Notes under the pieces: model-generated
Database searches by the model: none
Seen by the model: the letters and a program-made list of their open reading frames with translations, nothing else
What the model was told of the DNA's origin: nothing
Position numbers and translations under genes: made by a program
Origin: Balanoglossus misakiensis
Taxonomy: Eukaryota; Animalia; Hemichordata
DNA length: 64,000 nt
Reading direction: 5' to 3'
NCBI GenBank assembly: GCA_040954595.2
Contig: CM082592.2
Span: 4,294,735-4,358,734 of the forward strand
Part shown: piece after piece, positions 15,501-25,650 of the stretch
How the letters are laid out: every line of letters begins with the position of its first letter
How positions within the stretch are numbered: position 1 is the stretch's first letter

Positions 15501-18500
15501 ATATAGTAAAATTGACTTGAATACCCATGTAATACAATTAGTAGTATGGTTTTTTTTTAAAGTATGAATACTTTTAAATTAGCAACATATTTAAATCGAT
15601 ATTTTGAATTTTCCAATATGCATTTTGAGTGCTCTATTAAAAATTAATACCTCCCATTTTTGGACTTAACAGTCGAGAAAAAATAATTTTTAAGTCTTCC
15701 CTCCAGCTAATATGTTATTGTTAGCAAAACACTTGAAGTTTTCTGAGTTTTGACATTTGTTTCTTTGACTTTAAATATAATAATGACTGGTTCTTGATCT
15801 TGAGTGGCTTGGTGCGATTGTGGGTGTGTTTGATATGTCAACTCACCTGATCTGAGGTCAGAGAAAGGTTATCTCCACAACAATAGTATAAAATACCTGC
15901 ATGGGTGAGGAACTGTTTGCTCTGTCATGTTGATAACGATTTGTATACGTGAAAATTTATGAACTAGATTATAATTTCCATACTTAATTGAAATACAGTC
16001 TGGTTTGGTAAGGCAGGCAAACACCTGTAGTCTCAATCGTCCCACAATATCGAAATGAGACCATAGGTTTTATGTGAAGGGGTGCTTGGAGGGTTTCTTC
16101 TGTTGCAGAATATCTGTTCAACCAGTGACTACTCACTGTGTTTTTGTTCAAACCAGAATTAGCCATCTTGGATTTCAAATATAGGAACCATCTCAGCCAA
16201 ATTACTATCAGAAGTGGACAGCGATATTAACCCAAATCTGTCACAGGCTTTGCTGTGCAAATGAGTATGGTCCAGTATTCACCAACCACCATACTGCCTC
16301 AGTAGATTTGGTGCAAAATGGCCGCTGTGTGACATCACTACAAAGAATTCAGGACTGCCACTGAGAAAATAATGCAGATTTGATAGACATTTCTGACGAT
16401 ACGCTAGTTTTATGTCTTTTGATTATCACACAAAAGAAACTTTAATACTATATTCACCGATGAGAATACTCAATACTTTGTTTGGTCAATAACACTCATG
16501 TATGGTGCACATCCAAACTTTTAACATGAGCCTAGTGGCAGTGTTAGGCCAGGGAACCAGACTAAGTACAATTCCCAGTACACCAGTAAATCCCTGTTGG
16601 GATCATGCTAACACAGTGCTGACTCTAGACTTGCATGTTGCTAGTACCACATTGGCTCTGACGTAAACTGTTAAGATGTTAACACTGGGCTAGCCCAGTG
16701 CTAAGAACTCATTCAGTCTGGCTTTAGGCTTTTGGACCTATTGCAGTGTTACTGGTGTTAATGCCTGGCGTGCTACATGTAGGCTGGCTTTAATTTGCTC
16801 TGTAGGCTGTGTTCGTACTGGTCCATTTGGTCTAAGTCATGGCCCTGGCTATCTTCATTGCTGGGTGGATGGATGGATGGATGGATGGACTGATGGATGG
16901 ATGGATGGATAGGGAAAATAGTTGAATATTTGATAAGAAATGAAATTAAGGAAGTCTATGTAAGATTAAATTGGGAAAAAAAAATCAAGTCAACTGAAAC
17001 TCCATTGATGTCAAGGCAATTTTTTCTGTAATTATATGTCAGATATAGGACATATTTAAAGAAATTTTAGCAATTCATAATTTCACAAACAATTGTAAAT
17101 TTAATTTAAAAAATACCACACACTAAAAAGATAATATGAAAAATGTACATTAAGCTTTATATGATAGAACTGAATATTATCTCATTTGAATACACTGAAA
17201 AACTTTGCATTCAAGAAGAAGAATTCTCTTAAATACATTCTGACATAGTTAATATATACAGTTTTAAAAAAATCCTGAAAAAAATATTTTAAAATCAATT
17301 TACAGGCAAGGTTTTAAAATATTTTCTTGACCTCTGTATGACCTCATATTCTGGGATTTTCAGTGGAAGTTTAGCTTGAAAATAAGAACAGATATACCAG
17401 GATTTATTTTAGAAAGGTCATGTGGAGGTCACGATAATGGTAAATTTTGTTCAGGAAAATTAATGTCTGCTCAATATGCTCTCATGAATGCTATCATGTG
17501 ATTATTATTTCAATAGACATTTGTTTTTAATTTTTAAATTTTCTGGTCAAATTCATTCTTGAATACCTCTAAATATATGTCCTGGATATTTTCTGGATTA
17601 TAAGAGAGTTAGTTAACATTAATCTGGTGTGTATAAAACTATGAAATACTGAATACAAACAATAGCTATTCAACTTAAACCACTAGCTACCTGAAATACA
17701 AATTGAAACCACTATAACTGAAATACAAATTTCCCATGTAAAAAAATCTTCAGTAAAAATGAATAATAAATGAAATGCAAAATGATGGTATTTGAAGAGA
17801 GAAAATAATGCAAAAGATACAGTTACTTAGGATTACAGTGGTGTTAATTTTTGTTTACAAAAAAATTTAATCTTCTTTCTTAAATTTGAATCCATTATTT
17901 TTCATTTAGTGAAAACTAATGGATATTGTTAGATGCTACCAATATATGAAAAGTGTTTAATTTTTACGTTGAAGTGGGTTAGTGGACCAATAACAGAACA
18001 ACATCTGGTGTGAATTCATCAAAACAAAAACACAAGTCACTATTGGTTCAGTGTTAGGACACACTCAACCAATGGCAAACAAGCAACTGAAATTTTTGTT
18101 GCAGTTAAAAGGAAACTCCAATAAATGTTAAAAATGCATAAAAAATACAGTTATATTACTGTTGCTAATAGACTTGCTCAAAGTTAGATTTTACATTTAT
18201 GAAAATCTTGGGTGAAATTTATATGTCAAAAAAACATGAAGTGTTAAAGATAGATAATGAATACTTTGAATCTGTATCACTAATTCATATGCACCATTGG
18301 ATTGTAAAACATCACATCTTAAGTTGTGAGTGATTTTAACCACAGTGCAATTTTGAGTTACCTGAACACTAAATAATGTACTAACAGGTTATGTGAAATT
18401 ACTCATTAACTCTACGAGTATGCCAGTTTTGGGAGTGACTCATGGAAAGGAATTCCAATCCAAAGTTGGTCATGTTTGGGATCATAGTCTGATTCATCTT

Positions 18501-21500
18501 GTGATGTTTTCAGTTTCACTGTACAAACACTTTGATGCAGTGGCTGTTAGTATTAGCTACAACCACCCTGCAAGGTACATCATCTGTGAGTGCCAAACCA
18601 TTGGGAGAGGACAGCCATTCACCATATGTATTTACACAACAAACAAACTTGCCTCCACTCTCAAACTTCAGTATGTCATGAAAGGTACTAACATACACAT
18701 ATTTATCATTTCCAATGCCTATTCCCCTGGGCCTATTCTTCTGACCACCCTCACTCTGACAATTAAAGGAATACAAATACTGGTCGTCTGAATTGAAGAC
18801 CTGGATACGCTTGTTGCTGCGGTCTGCAACAAATACCATCCCATCACTTCCCACTTGTATTCCCCAGGGCCAATCGAATTCCCCGTGACCTTTACCATGT
18901 GACCCAAATGACCTGATGTACCTGCCCTGCTGTGTGTAAATCCTCACACAACTCCCACTATAGTCTGTAACATAGACATTACCATTGACAGGGTTAATAG
19001 ATATCCCATATGGATCCTTGAGCTCCTTTTGACCAAAGCACCTGATGACACGTCCGTTCTCATCACTAACAACCACTTGCTTATTCTTATTATCTAAACT
19101 ATGGTATTCATTGTTCTTTGAAATGGCTATGTCACATGGAGTGAAAGGCTTCTCAAAGCCTGTAAATGTTAAGACTTTCTTGAGCCTGCCCTCTACGGTG
19201 GTTACTTGTAATCTGTTATTGTCAGTGTCAGCAGTGACAATGTCTTTGTCTTTGTTTATGGCCACACTGTGGGGTTGATTGTACTGTCCCTCATCACTTC
19301 CTTTACTGCCGATGGTTCTCTTGTTGATGACAGATATGCTGACCGGAGACCCTGGTATTGCCTGATTTCCTATTGTCAAGGAAACTTGATATTTACCGTC
19401 CATTTGTCCGGTCACTGTCACTCTGTGTGTGCCATCTCCGTTGTCAGATACTTTGATGTCTTCCTGTGAAGCATCAGGTTTTCTTACCTTGGCTTTCACC
19501 GGTTGTTTAGGGATGACCTGTTTTCCTGTGAGGTCTCGGGTTGTGACCAGTAGGTCTACAGAATCACCTTTGAAGAGTTGTTTTGGAATATTTCCAACCG
19601 TGCACTTTGAGATACAGATGTCAGATTTCAGTAATCCCAGAACTCCCTGCTCACTGAAGTCGCTCTTTGGTTCAAATACAACTTCTTCATACTCTGCCTG
19701 TGGTTTAGTCGCCATGGTGATAAGTCGAGTGATATGAGATTCTGTGTCGCTTTTGGTGGAGAGAAGTTGTGCAGCGTTCCCATGATGCATCAGTGTTTCC
19801 ACATAACTGCAAGTGCTTTTGATGTTGCCAACTTTTAATTCCAACTCGTCAATGTCTGCAGCTGCTGTTTTTATTTTTACTTTGTAGTTTCCATTCAACT
19901 CATCTACCAATCTCTGCTCTTCCCTCTTGATCATGTCAATGATTGCCTCTGCGTGCATTCTCACCTTCCTTTCTTCTTTCTTACAATGCTCTGTAAGATC
20001 AGTGTGTATCTGCTTGGCCTGGGTTTTGTTCTTTTCAGCTTCCTGTTCTTTCACTTTCAGTTTGTCAACCATGGCTTTCAAATTCTTACGATACTCATCT
20101 GCTGCGTCTTTCAAGTCTCTGTGCACATGTTCTGGTATGCGGTGTTTGACTATTGTACAGTTTGAACAGACAGGCACCCGGCAGGTTTCACAGTAGAATT
20201 CAATTTCGTTTTTGGTGTGAACACTGCAATATTCTACCGCTTGTAGTGTAACAGGACTGGTTGACTGTGCTGTCTTGAATTCTTCAATGGTCATAAGCTT
20301 GTGTGTCCGTGTGGACGGTAGAATTCCGTGTGCTTTGACACAAACGTTGCAGAGATGTCTGCATTCCACGCACCAGTGAGTGGATGCATTCTCTCCACAT
20401 GCCTGGCACTTGATCTCAGCCCCCTTCGCAGCATCCAGTCGTTGCCTGAACAAGTCCGTCAAGTTTGACATGAAGAAATTGGACTTGATTCCGGGAACTC
20501 CGCCTTCGGGAAGTGAGTATCGCTGTCTGCATTCCGGACAGGTGACGGATCTCGCCTTCCCAGCCAGAGTGACCAAACACGGCTCACAGAAAGTGTGCAG
20601 ACATGGTAGAACTTTCGGAGATTTGAACAGCTCCAGACAGATGGTACAAGAGAGGAATTCCTCGCTGACTTTCTGTAGAAGTTTACCTTCAGTGGCAGCC
20701 GCCATTCTGTACGTCTATCCTCACAGAGAGACACAGAAAATGTTGGTAGTGTGGCTCCTTAGCTTGCCCTCGATTAGACGCTTGACGTCATCTGCATATA
20801 TGTGTTCTGTAGATCAGGGTGTATGATATGCAAATAGCGTGACAATTCTGACTGATGTAGGGAGTACACTTTTGACCACTGAGTGCCTGGGTACACGATT
20901 GTGGGTGTGTGTTTGATGTCCACTCATCTGATCTGAGGTCAAAGTAAGGTTATCTCCAAAACAATGGACTAAGTATAATAAATTGCCTGCGTGGATGTGC
21001 AGACTATTTGTTTTGTCAACTATTATGTTGATAACGATTTTGTTACTATCAACTGAAATGTTGATAACAATTTGATACGTGTAAAATGTTTGTATTTATT
21101 TGAAGTGGAGTCTGGTTTGGTGAAGGCTGGCAAACAGTGGTCTCAATTGTTCCAAATGATGCAATAAAATATGATATGACAACCGCTGTTGAACATATTT
21201 TTGTGAGCAGAGCAACATAAAATAAACCATCAGAAAAAACCCTGAAATAAATAAAACATCAGAAGCAGCTTTTTTTCTTTGAAATAAGCCTTTTTTTCTG
21301 TTAATTTTTTTTATTGATACAATACAAGACAGACATAGAAACACAGACGATAACTGACATAAAAACAATATATTACAAATTCAGCAGTTCGTTCAATGAG
21401 CCTCATTTGGTTCGAAACCTGGTTGACTAAGCCTTTGTTCAGTTCTTATCTGTAAAGTATTGATCGGTGTCAAAAAACTTTATTAATGACCTAGATTTAG

Positions 21501-24500
21501 AGATAAATGACACACTCAGCTGTTTAACGATGTCAGAGATTTCTGATAGCACACACAAGCTTCAAATAGGTTTGATATAATGTTGGGCCTCTTTCGTTTT
21601 GTTTAAGAATTTTTTTTTTCAATATGCCCTGCTGACTTATTGGTGTCCTGTGTGATCAAAATATGTGTGTGTCTGTGTATGTACATGTATGTGTGTGTGT
21701 CTGTCTATCTGCCTATGTTTCTGCCTGTGTGTCTGTTTGCTTATTCAATAAACACTACATGTATGTTTTATTTTTTTTTTTTTTTGCAGTGTACATGAAT
21801 CAATACAAAAGTTGTGTTTCTAATTCTCAGAATTCATATTCAGTAGTAATTATCTGAATATATTGCAACAGAAAATTAGTATCATAGGGCATCTAGGAGT
21901 GATTGGATGATTAATATTGGAACAAGCCTAATCGTGACCTGGTTGTTTTATAGTGGTGTTATTAATTTGAAGAATTTGACTAGAATTGACTTGAAAGGAT
22001 GTCCAACATAAAGCTAGACAAAAATTGAAAATGGATTATTGTACAAAATTTGCCTGTCCAGTGTGAAAGTTAAAAAACATAAAAATATCGTATCGTAAAT
22101 TTGCAATTCAAAATTCTGCAAGAATGTTTTCTTTAAAAACAAGCTCAGTCAGATGTCATAGAAAATGAGACACTAACATACATGCTAAAATTTTAATAGC
22201 ATGTTGTTTCCTCAATGTGGACGTCGTATGTAAGTGGTAAGTGAAGCCTCACTGACTAAAGCACAACTTTGTTTTGTCATTTTTTTCTCCCAACTAGTCA
22301 AATGAAGTCAATGCAACAGATGAGGACCTGGAGTCGCAGGTTACTTCAGGTAAACTCAAGTTAGCTTTGAATACTTGCGAAGGATCAACGGTCAAAATGC
22401 TTTGTAAACAAGGAAATGGTAGATTTGCTCATGCAGGCAAGGCAACAAGCCCTGTGCATTGAATCCATCGTTATTACCTTGAAGTTCCTAAATAAGGAAG
22501 TGAAGTCAAATGGAATGTTATAATTAAAGGACAGTTTACACATTCTGACTGGTATCTCCAAGATCTGTTATATTTTGCACAGCATTTGCATAATGCAGCT
22601 GAACACCTGTCGGGAGACTGTGAGCTTGGATACGGGCCATTCTGTTTGAGAAGCCACTATTTAGTTTAACAGTATCCAACTGAACAGAGAGTTGCGTTTC
22701 TTCAAAAAGAAGTCGAGTATATGTACATGAATGTTCTCAATGTTTGTATTACACAGTCTCACTCAAGCAGAACGAAGGAGCCAGCGAGTGCTTCTGTCTG
22801 GTAGCACCGGCCAATCACCAGCAAGCTACCGTTCCCATTGGTCACTACTCCATCAAATGGAAACGGTAGGTCCTGCTATTTGCATACTGTCATGTGACCT
22901 TGTGGTTCAACAGATCGAGATTTGTCTAACGTGTTGACTGTTAAGTCTACCAGTTTTATATAACCCTTTCACCATGGTTCAGTCCAAACCCATTGTTTTC
23001 TATGGTAAGGTTGGATCTCTAACGAGGGAACTGGGGGTGAAATGGTTAAAACGGCACTCCTGTGATTTTAGCTCCTGTTTGCCATATATGGTACATCAAT
23101 TGGAGCTTATCTTACAGGGTGAAAAAAAAGTTTATATATGTAAGTGATTGTTGAAATATTTTTGCTCTTGTTCTGACACAGCCCCTAAAGATGGCTCTGA
23201 AATGTTCTAGGTCTGAAACTGGCATAAAATAAAAATCCAAGTAGATTTTGAAAAGAAAAAAAGTCTCCCAGTGATGTACAGTACTGTACATCATCTTCCG
23301 TGCAGAATGTGAACTTTGATCTTTGACCCCCGATCCATCATGCAGTGTGTTCTCCTTTCCTTTTCCAGGACTTCCTGTGGTGACAGCCTTCCGACTGTAC
23401 AGACCGTGCTGGCATTGCCCAGCGTCATGGTGGAAAACATCCCACTCTTCATAGAGACCAACATGCCGTCCCATGGCATGGTCCGCGACTCCCTGCCGGT
23501 CGAATACGTCATCTACAACCGAACGGCGATCGTCCAGGAAATCGAAGCCGGCATGGAGCCCAGTGAAGCTTTCATGTTTTCTGGACACAAGCAGGTAGCT
23601 CAAACTTCTATGCGTTTCTGACTTTATCTGTCATGAAATATTACACAATGGGAAAAGATTGTGGACCACTATAGTGGGAACAGGGGGTGAAAGGGTTAAA
23701 GGGACAAAGTCTCTCTCTTCTTCCCCTTTTTCCATTAATTATGTTTGATACAGGACACGGTTTATGTGATTCTACATGTGGATATATACTGAAATCAACG
23801 TTCGACCACACACAACTTCCGTCCCGTTAGAAAACGATTATTCATTTTGGGGAGTTTTTCACTCGTGTCTACAAGTGGGATGGCAGTTGTGTAAGGGCAG
23901 TGAGAGAGAGTCTTTGTCCCTTTAAGGTAGTACATGTACGTGCTTAAGGGATAGATTTTCAGAAAAATGGTTGTCCCCCAAAAATGTCAAATTCTGTGCT
24001 ATATTATCAATTTGTGTGAGGAGGATTTTTAAAAACAGTGTTCACCATCTTGTTTTCTCAAAAAATCACTACCCCTATTACTTTAATTTTTCTCCGTAGA
24101 CTTGACATGGAGATTGACACACATTTTGAATTTCAACTTTGAGTCAATTTGGCGCTGTCATTTTAAATTTTTACATGTTGATCCCTATTTTTGAATTAAA
24201 GAGAGAATAATCTCAATTTTCCTTGAGCAAATAGGCGAAAAAGTTTAAGACTGATTTTTGAGGTGTGCATACTACCTTAATGGTACCATCAGTGATTAAT
24301 TCAATCATGACTGTTTCTTCCAATCCTATCAATAACAGAGATTTTCCGGTCTTCCTCTCAAATCAGGTCTGTTTTAGAATGTTGCCAGGCAACAACCAGA
24401 AGCTGACGTACAACCTGTATCCCTTAGTTCCTGGTTATGTGAAGTTGCCGCGGTTACACATCAGTATGCCCCGTTACCCCGGAGTGGCGGATGATCTCGG

Positions 24501-24815
24501 GGGACGGATGCTTCCAACTCATGTCTTTATCAAGGTGAGTCCAGCCTCACTGGGTGATACCATTCTCAGGATGGGGATGTCCAATCACTCAATGTTGACA
24601 TTATTGAATTTCTTCTGAATACCACAATGGAACAATATTTGGTACTTACCAAAAATTAAATAATGGAAGTGTTCATATGTAATGTTCATGTACAGGGTGT
24701 GAGCTGAGTTGTAACTTGCCGTGTTAATGCTTTAAGGCTGAATTTCTTCAATGTGATTTCTCTTCTTTTCCAGCCACAAGGCCGAGAAGGGGTTCAGGAG
24801 ACGGTCAAAGGGTGA
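220..24815 (+). CDS. TRAPPC11: Trafficking protein particle complex subunit 11 (TRAPPIII), multi-exon, 5' end outside the window
   Basis: Exons spliced by hand give one open frame that follows TRAPPC11 as I recall it ([81 protein letters not shown], stop at 24813-24815). Exons: 220(or 223)-392, 762-832, 1300-1414, 1786-1885, 2180-2253, 2600-2696, 3125-3258, 3845-3986, 4498-4668, 4921-4999, 5175-5229, 5602-5682, 6010-6074, 6243-6304, 6677-6809, 6959-7031, 7155-7380, 7802-7983, 8574-8699, 9095-9141, 9422-9513, 9732-9863, 10368-10433, 10609-10716, 22298-22349, 22757-22865, 23369-23594, 24367-24534, 24774-24815. Splice phases are compatible throughout. Confidence 0.96.
421..566. repeat. Compound (GTT/GGT/GAT)n microsatellite, intronic
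   Basis: Directly visible; explains the poly-M, poly-H and poly-I ORFs. Confidence 0.97.
969..1105. mobile_element. TA-flanked MITE (Tc1/mariner-like)
   Basis: Terminal inverted repeats TACTGTAAAACGGGTTAT ... ATAACCCGTTTTACAGTA. Confidence 0.75.
2977..3069. mobile_element. Short MITE with CCCTTTCACC/GGTGAAAGGG ends (piggyBac-like, TTAA-associated)
   Basis: An inverted copy of the same ~90-bp sequence lies at 22960-23049 and a partial copy at about 23645-23699. Confidence 0.7.
6075..6242 (+). other. U12-type (minor spliceosome) GT-AG intron of TRAPPC11
   Basis: Donor GTATCCTTT at 6075, branch-like CTTTAAC at 6225-6231 about 11 nt before the AG, and no polypyrimidine tract. Only this donor keeps the frame (IGR-Y-ARIS). 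Confidence 0.88.
7381..7801 (+). other. GC-AG intron of TRAPPC11
   Basis: Donor GAG|GCAAGT joins KKIE to VKSVALTLG in frame. The nearby GT dinucleotides at 7385 and 7388 would cause frameshifts. Confidence 0.85.
10843..10962. repeat. (GGAT)n/(GAAT)n microsatellite
   Basis: Directly visible. Confidence 0.95.
12528..14729 (-). CDS. TRIM-NHL E3 ubiquitin ligase (TRIM2/3/71-like architecture), copy 1, intronless CDS nested antisense in a TRAPPC11 intron
   Basis: 733-aa ORF with a C3HC4 RING (CTIC...CLHTFCEPC...CPEC), B-box1 (CQAC...CVEC...CNVCVKAH), B-box2 (CSVH...YCETC...CSNC...H), a coiled coil, a filamin Ig-like domain (VSDNGDGT...IPGSP) and six NHL repeats (e.g. [11 protein letters not shown]...[12 protein letters not shown]). 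Confidence 0.93.
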   Translation of the reverse strand: MAAATEGKLVQKVSEEFLSCTICLELFKSPKVLPCLHTFCEPCLVTLAGKARSVTCPECRQRYSLPEGGVRGIKSNFFMSNLTDLFKQRLDAEKGAEIKCQACGENASTHWCVECRHLCNVCVKAHGILPATRTHKLMTIEEFKTAQSTSPVTLQAVEYCSVHNENKIEFYCETCQVPVCSNCTIVKHRIPEHVHRDLKDAADEYRKNLKAMVDKLKVKEQEAEKNKSLAKQIHSDLTEHCKKEERKVRMHAEKIINKIKREEQRLVDELNGNYKVKIKTAAADIDELELKVGNIKSTCSYVETLMHHGNAAQLLSTKSDTESHISRLITMATKPQAEYEEVVFEPKSDFSEQGILGLLKSDICISKCTVGNVPEQQIKGDSVDLLVTTRDLTGKQVIPKQPVKAKVRKPDASQEDIKVSDNGDGTHRLTVTGQMDGKYQVSLTIGDQAIPGSPVSIPFKKGLLRTIGKQGSDEGQYNKPHSVAINKDKDIVTADTDNNRLQVTTIEGRLKKVLTFTGFEEPFTPCDIAISKNNEYHSLDDKNKQVVVSDENGHVIRCFGQKELKNPYGISISPVNGNVYVTEYVFSGYCVRIYTQQGRYIRSFGSHGKGQGEFRLPWGIQVGNDGMVFVADFSNQRIQVFNSDDQYLYSFDCQGEGGQKNNPRGIGIGNDKYVYVSAGGSILKFESGGKFVCCVNTYGESLFYAIGLALTDDVPCRVVVADRDNHCIKVFVQ
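14731..14952 (-). other. Putative 5'UTR intron of TRIM copy 1
   Basis: On the minus strand: donor CAG|GTGAG at 14952, then a pyrimidine-rich tract and TACAG acceptor one nucleotide before the ATG. Confidence 0.55.
15810..16045 (-). repeat. Third copy of the TRIM upstream (UTR-exon-like) segment
   Basis: Aligns with 14915-15200 and 20890-21155 (ctcacctgatctgaggtcagagaaaggttatctcc...). Confidence 0.8.
16866..16910. repeat. (GGAT)n microsatellite
   Basis: Directly visible; lies at the start of the second duplicated unit. Confidence 0.93.
17266..17474. mobile_element. Insertion present only in the 3' flank of TRIM copy 2, MITE-like
   Basis: Absent at the equivalent site of copy 1 (about 11495). 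Imperfect inverted ends TCCTGAAAAAAAT / ATTTTGTTCAGGA, and internal TGACCTC / GAGGTCA. Confidence 0.55.
18516..20705 (-). CDS. TRIM-NHL E3 ubiquitin ligase, copy 2 (tandem paralogue of 12528-14729)
   Basis: Intact 729-aa ORF with the same domain order, about 90% identical to copy 1 by hand alignment. Confidence 0.93.
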   Translation of the reverse strand: MAAATEGKLLQKVSEEFLSCTICLELFKSPKVLPCLHTFCEPCLVTLAGKARSVTCPECRQRYSLPEGGVPGIKSNFFMSNLTDLFRQRLDAAKGAEIKCQACGENASTHWCVECRHLCNVCVKAHGILPSTRTHKLMTIEEFKTAQSTSPVTLQAVEYCSVHTKNEIEFYCETCRVPVCSNCTIVKHRIPEHVHRDLKDAADEYRKNLKAMVDKLKVKEQEAEKNKTQAKQIHTDLTEHCKKEERKVRMHAEAIIDMIKREEQRLVDELNGNYKVKIKTAAADIDELELKVGNIKSTCSYVETLMHHGNAAQLLSTKSDTESHITRLITMATKPQAEYEEVVFEPKSDFSEQGVLGLLKSDICISKCTVGNIPKQLFKGDSVDLLVTTRDLTGKQVIPKQPVKAKVRKPDASQEDIKVSDNGDGTHRVTVTGQMDGKYQVSLTIGNQAIPGSPVSISVINKRTIGSKGSDEGQYNQPHSVAINKDKDIVTADTDNNRLQVTTVEGRLKKVLTFTGFEKPFTPCDIAISKNNEYHSLDNKNKQVVVSDENGRVIRCFGQKELKDPYGISINPVNGNVYVTDYSGSCVRIYTQQGRYIRSFGSHGKGHGEFDWPWGIQVGSDGMVFVADRSNKRIQVFNSDDQYLYSFNCQSEGGQKNRPRGIGIGNDKYVYVSTFHDILKFESGGKFVCCVNTYGEWLSSPNGLALTDDVPCRVVVANTNSHCIKVFVQ
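22960..23049. mobile_element. Second copy of the short piggyBac-like MITE
   Basis: Reverse complement aligns with 2977-3069; ends TAACCCTTTCACC ... GGTGAAATGGTTAA. Confidence 0.7.
23700..23921. mobile_element. TTAA-flanked MITE (Kolobok-like)
   Basis: TTAA|AGGGACAAAGTCTCTCTC ... GAGAGAGTCTTTGTCCCT|TTAA. Confidence 0.72.
23926..24276. mobile_element. TTAA-flanked MITE (Kolobok-like)
   Basis: TTAA|GGTAGTA ... TACTACC|TTAA; shares its left TTAA with the preceding element. Confidence 0.65.
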
Positions 24816-25644
24816 TCGCGCAAGAAAACCACCGCAATTCGGAACACTTCTGGAGAAAATGAGGTTTTGGTGTAATTGCCAGGAATGTGCACCAAATGGA
24901 GTTGTCAATTGTAGTTGTATCGGTGCGAATGCTGGACTACACAGCTTTGTCCGATACCTGGTTCCATGTGTGTGATTATGTTGGCAACGGTGCCTCAGGC
25001 GATTAGCTTACATCACCAAAGATGAATTTTTATCGAAATTCCACGTTACCTATTCTGTATATACACAAGTTAATGAAATCAAATTAAGCTTTTTTTCTTT
25101 CACAAAAACTGAGCTACTCAGTTTTCATGCGTAGAAAGTTGAAAGTAAAAGTAAAAATATGACAGTCAGAGAAAATTGCAAATGTCTTGGGTTTGGTTTA
25201 AGTCCCCTGTAAAATTGGGGGGTCTTCTTGAATCTTCAATTTGTGATAATTGGGAAGGTGCTTGTATTATTGTTAAATCAGCTCAAAAAGATTTAGAGTA
25301 GAATTATAACGATATTGGCATTTGAAGTTTGAAACTCGGTGAGTTGTTTTAGCTTAACATTGTTAAGACATAGAACTTTTATAGTATTTGCAGAATGCTT
25401 CAAAATTAAAATTCTCAATGTAATGAATTTGGGACTCTATATTGGGCATCTTGTACTATTGTGGTGTGAAGAACAGATGGTCTAGACATCTCTGCATTAG
25501 TTTTCACTAATTCTCCATGTCAAATCTTTGCAGGTGTGTCATCGGCCAGTTACAGATCAAGAAATATTGTGCAATATTCAGTCAGCAAAGCGCGATGAAA
25601 TGCAACTTCATCAAGCAACCTGAGAGGTTATCGGTGCCGATTGT

Positions 25645-25650
25645 AATAAA
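25645..25650 (+). terminator. Candidate TRAPPC11 polyadenylation signal
   Basis: First AATAAA I found after the stop codon, close to where CpG frequency rises. Confidence 0.35.

Larger units (their letters stand above)
10860..21175. repeat. Tandem segmental duplication carrying the TRIM genes (about 10860-15220 and 16865-21175)
   Basis: Non-coding flanks align at an offset of about 6 kb (e.g. 11497-12527 with 17477-18515, and 14730-15220 with 20706-21175). Both units begin at a (GGAT)n tract. Confidence 0.9.

Noticed and set aside
12405-20826. Duplicated + strand ORFs opposite the TRIM genes
   Set aside because: Antisense shadows of the TRIM coding frames with no recognisable domains.
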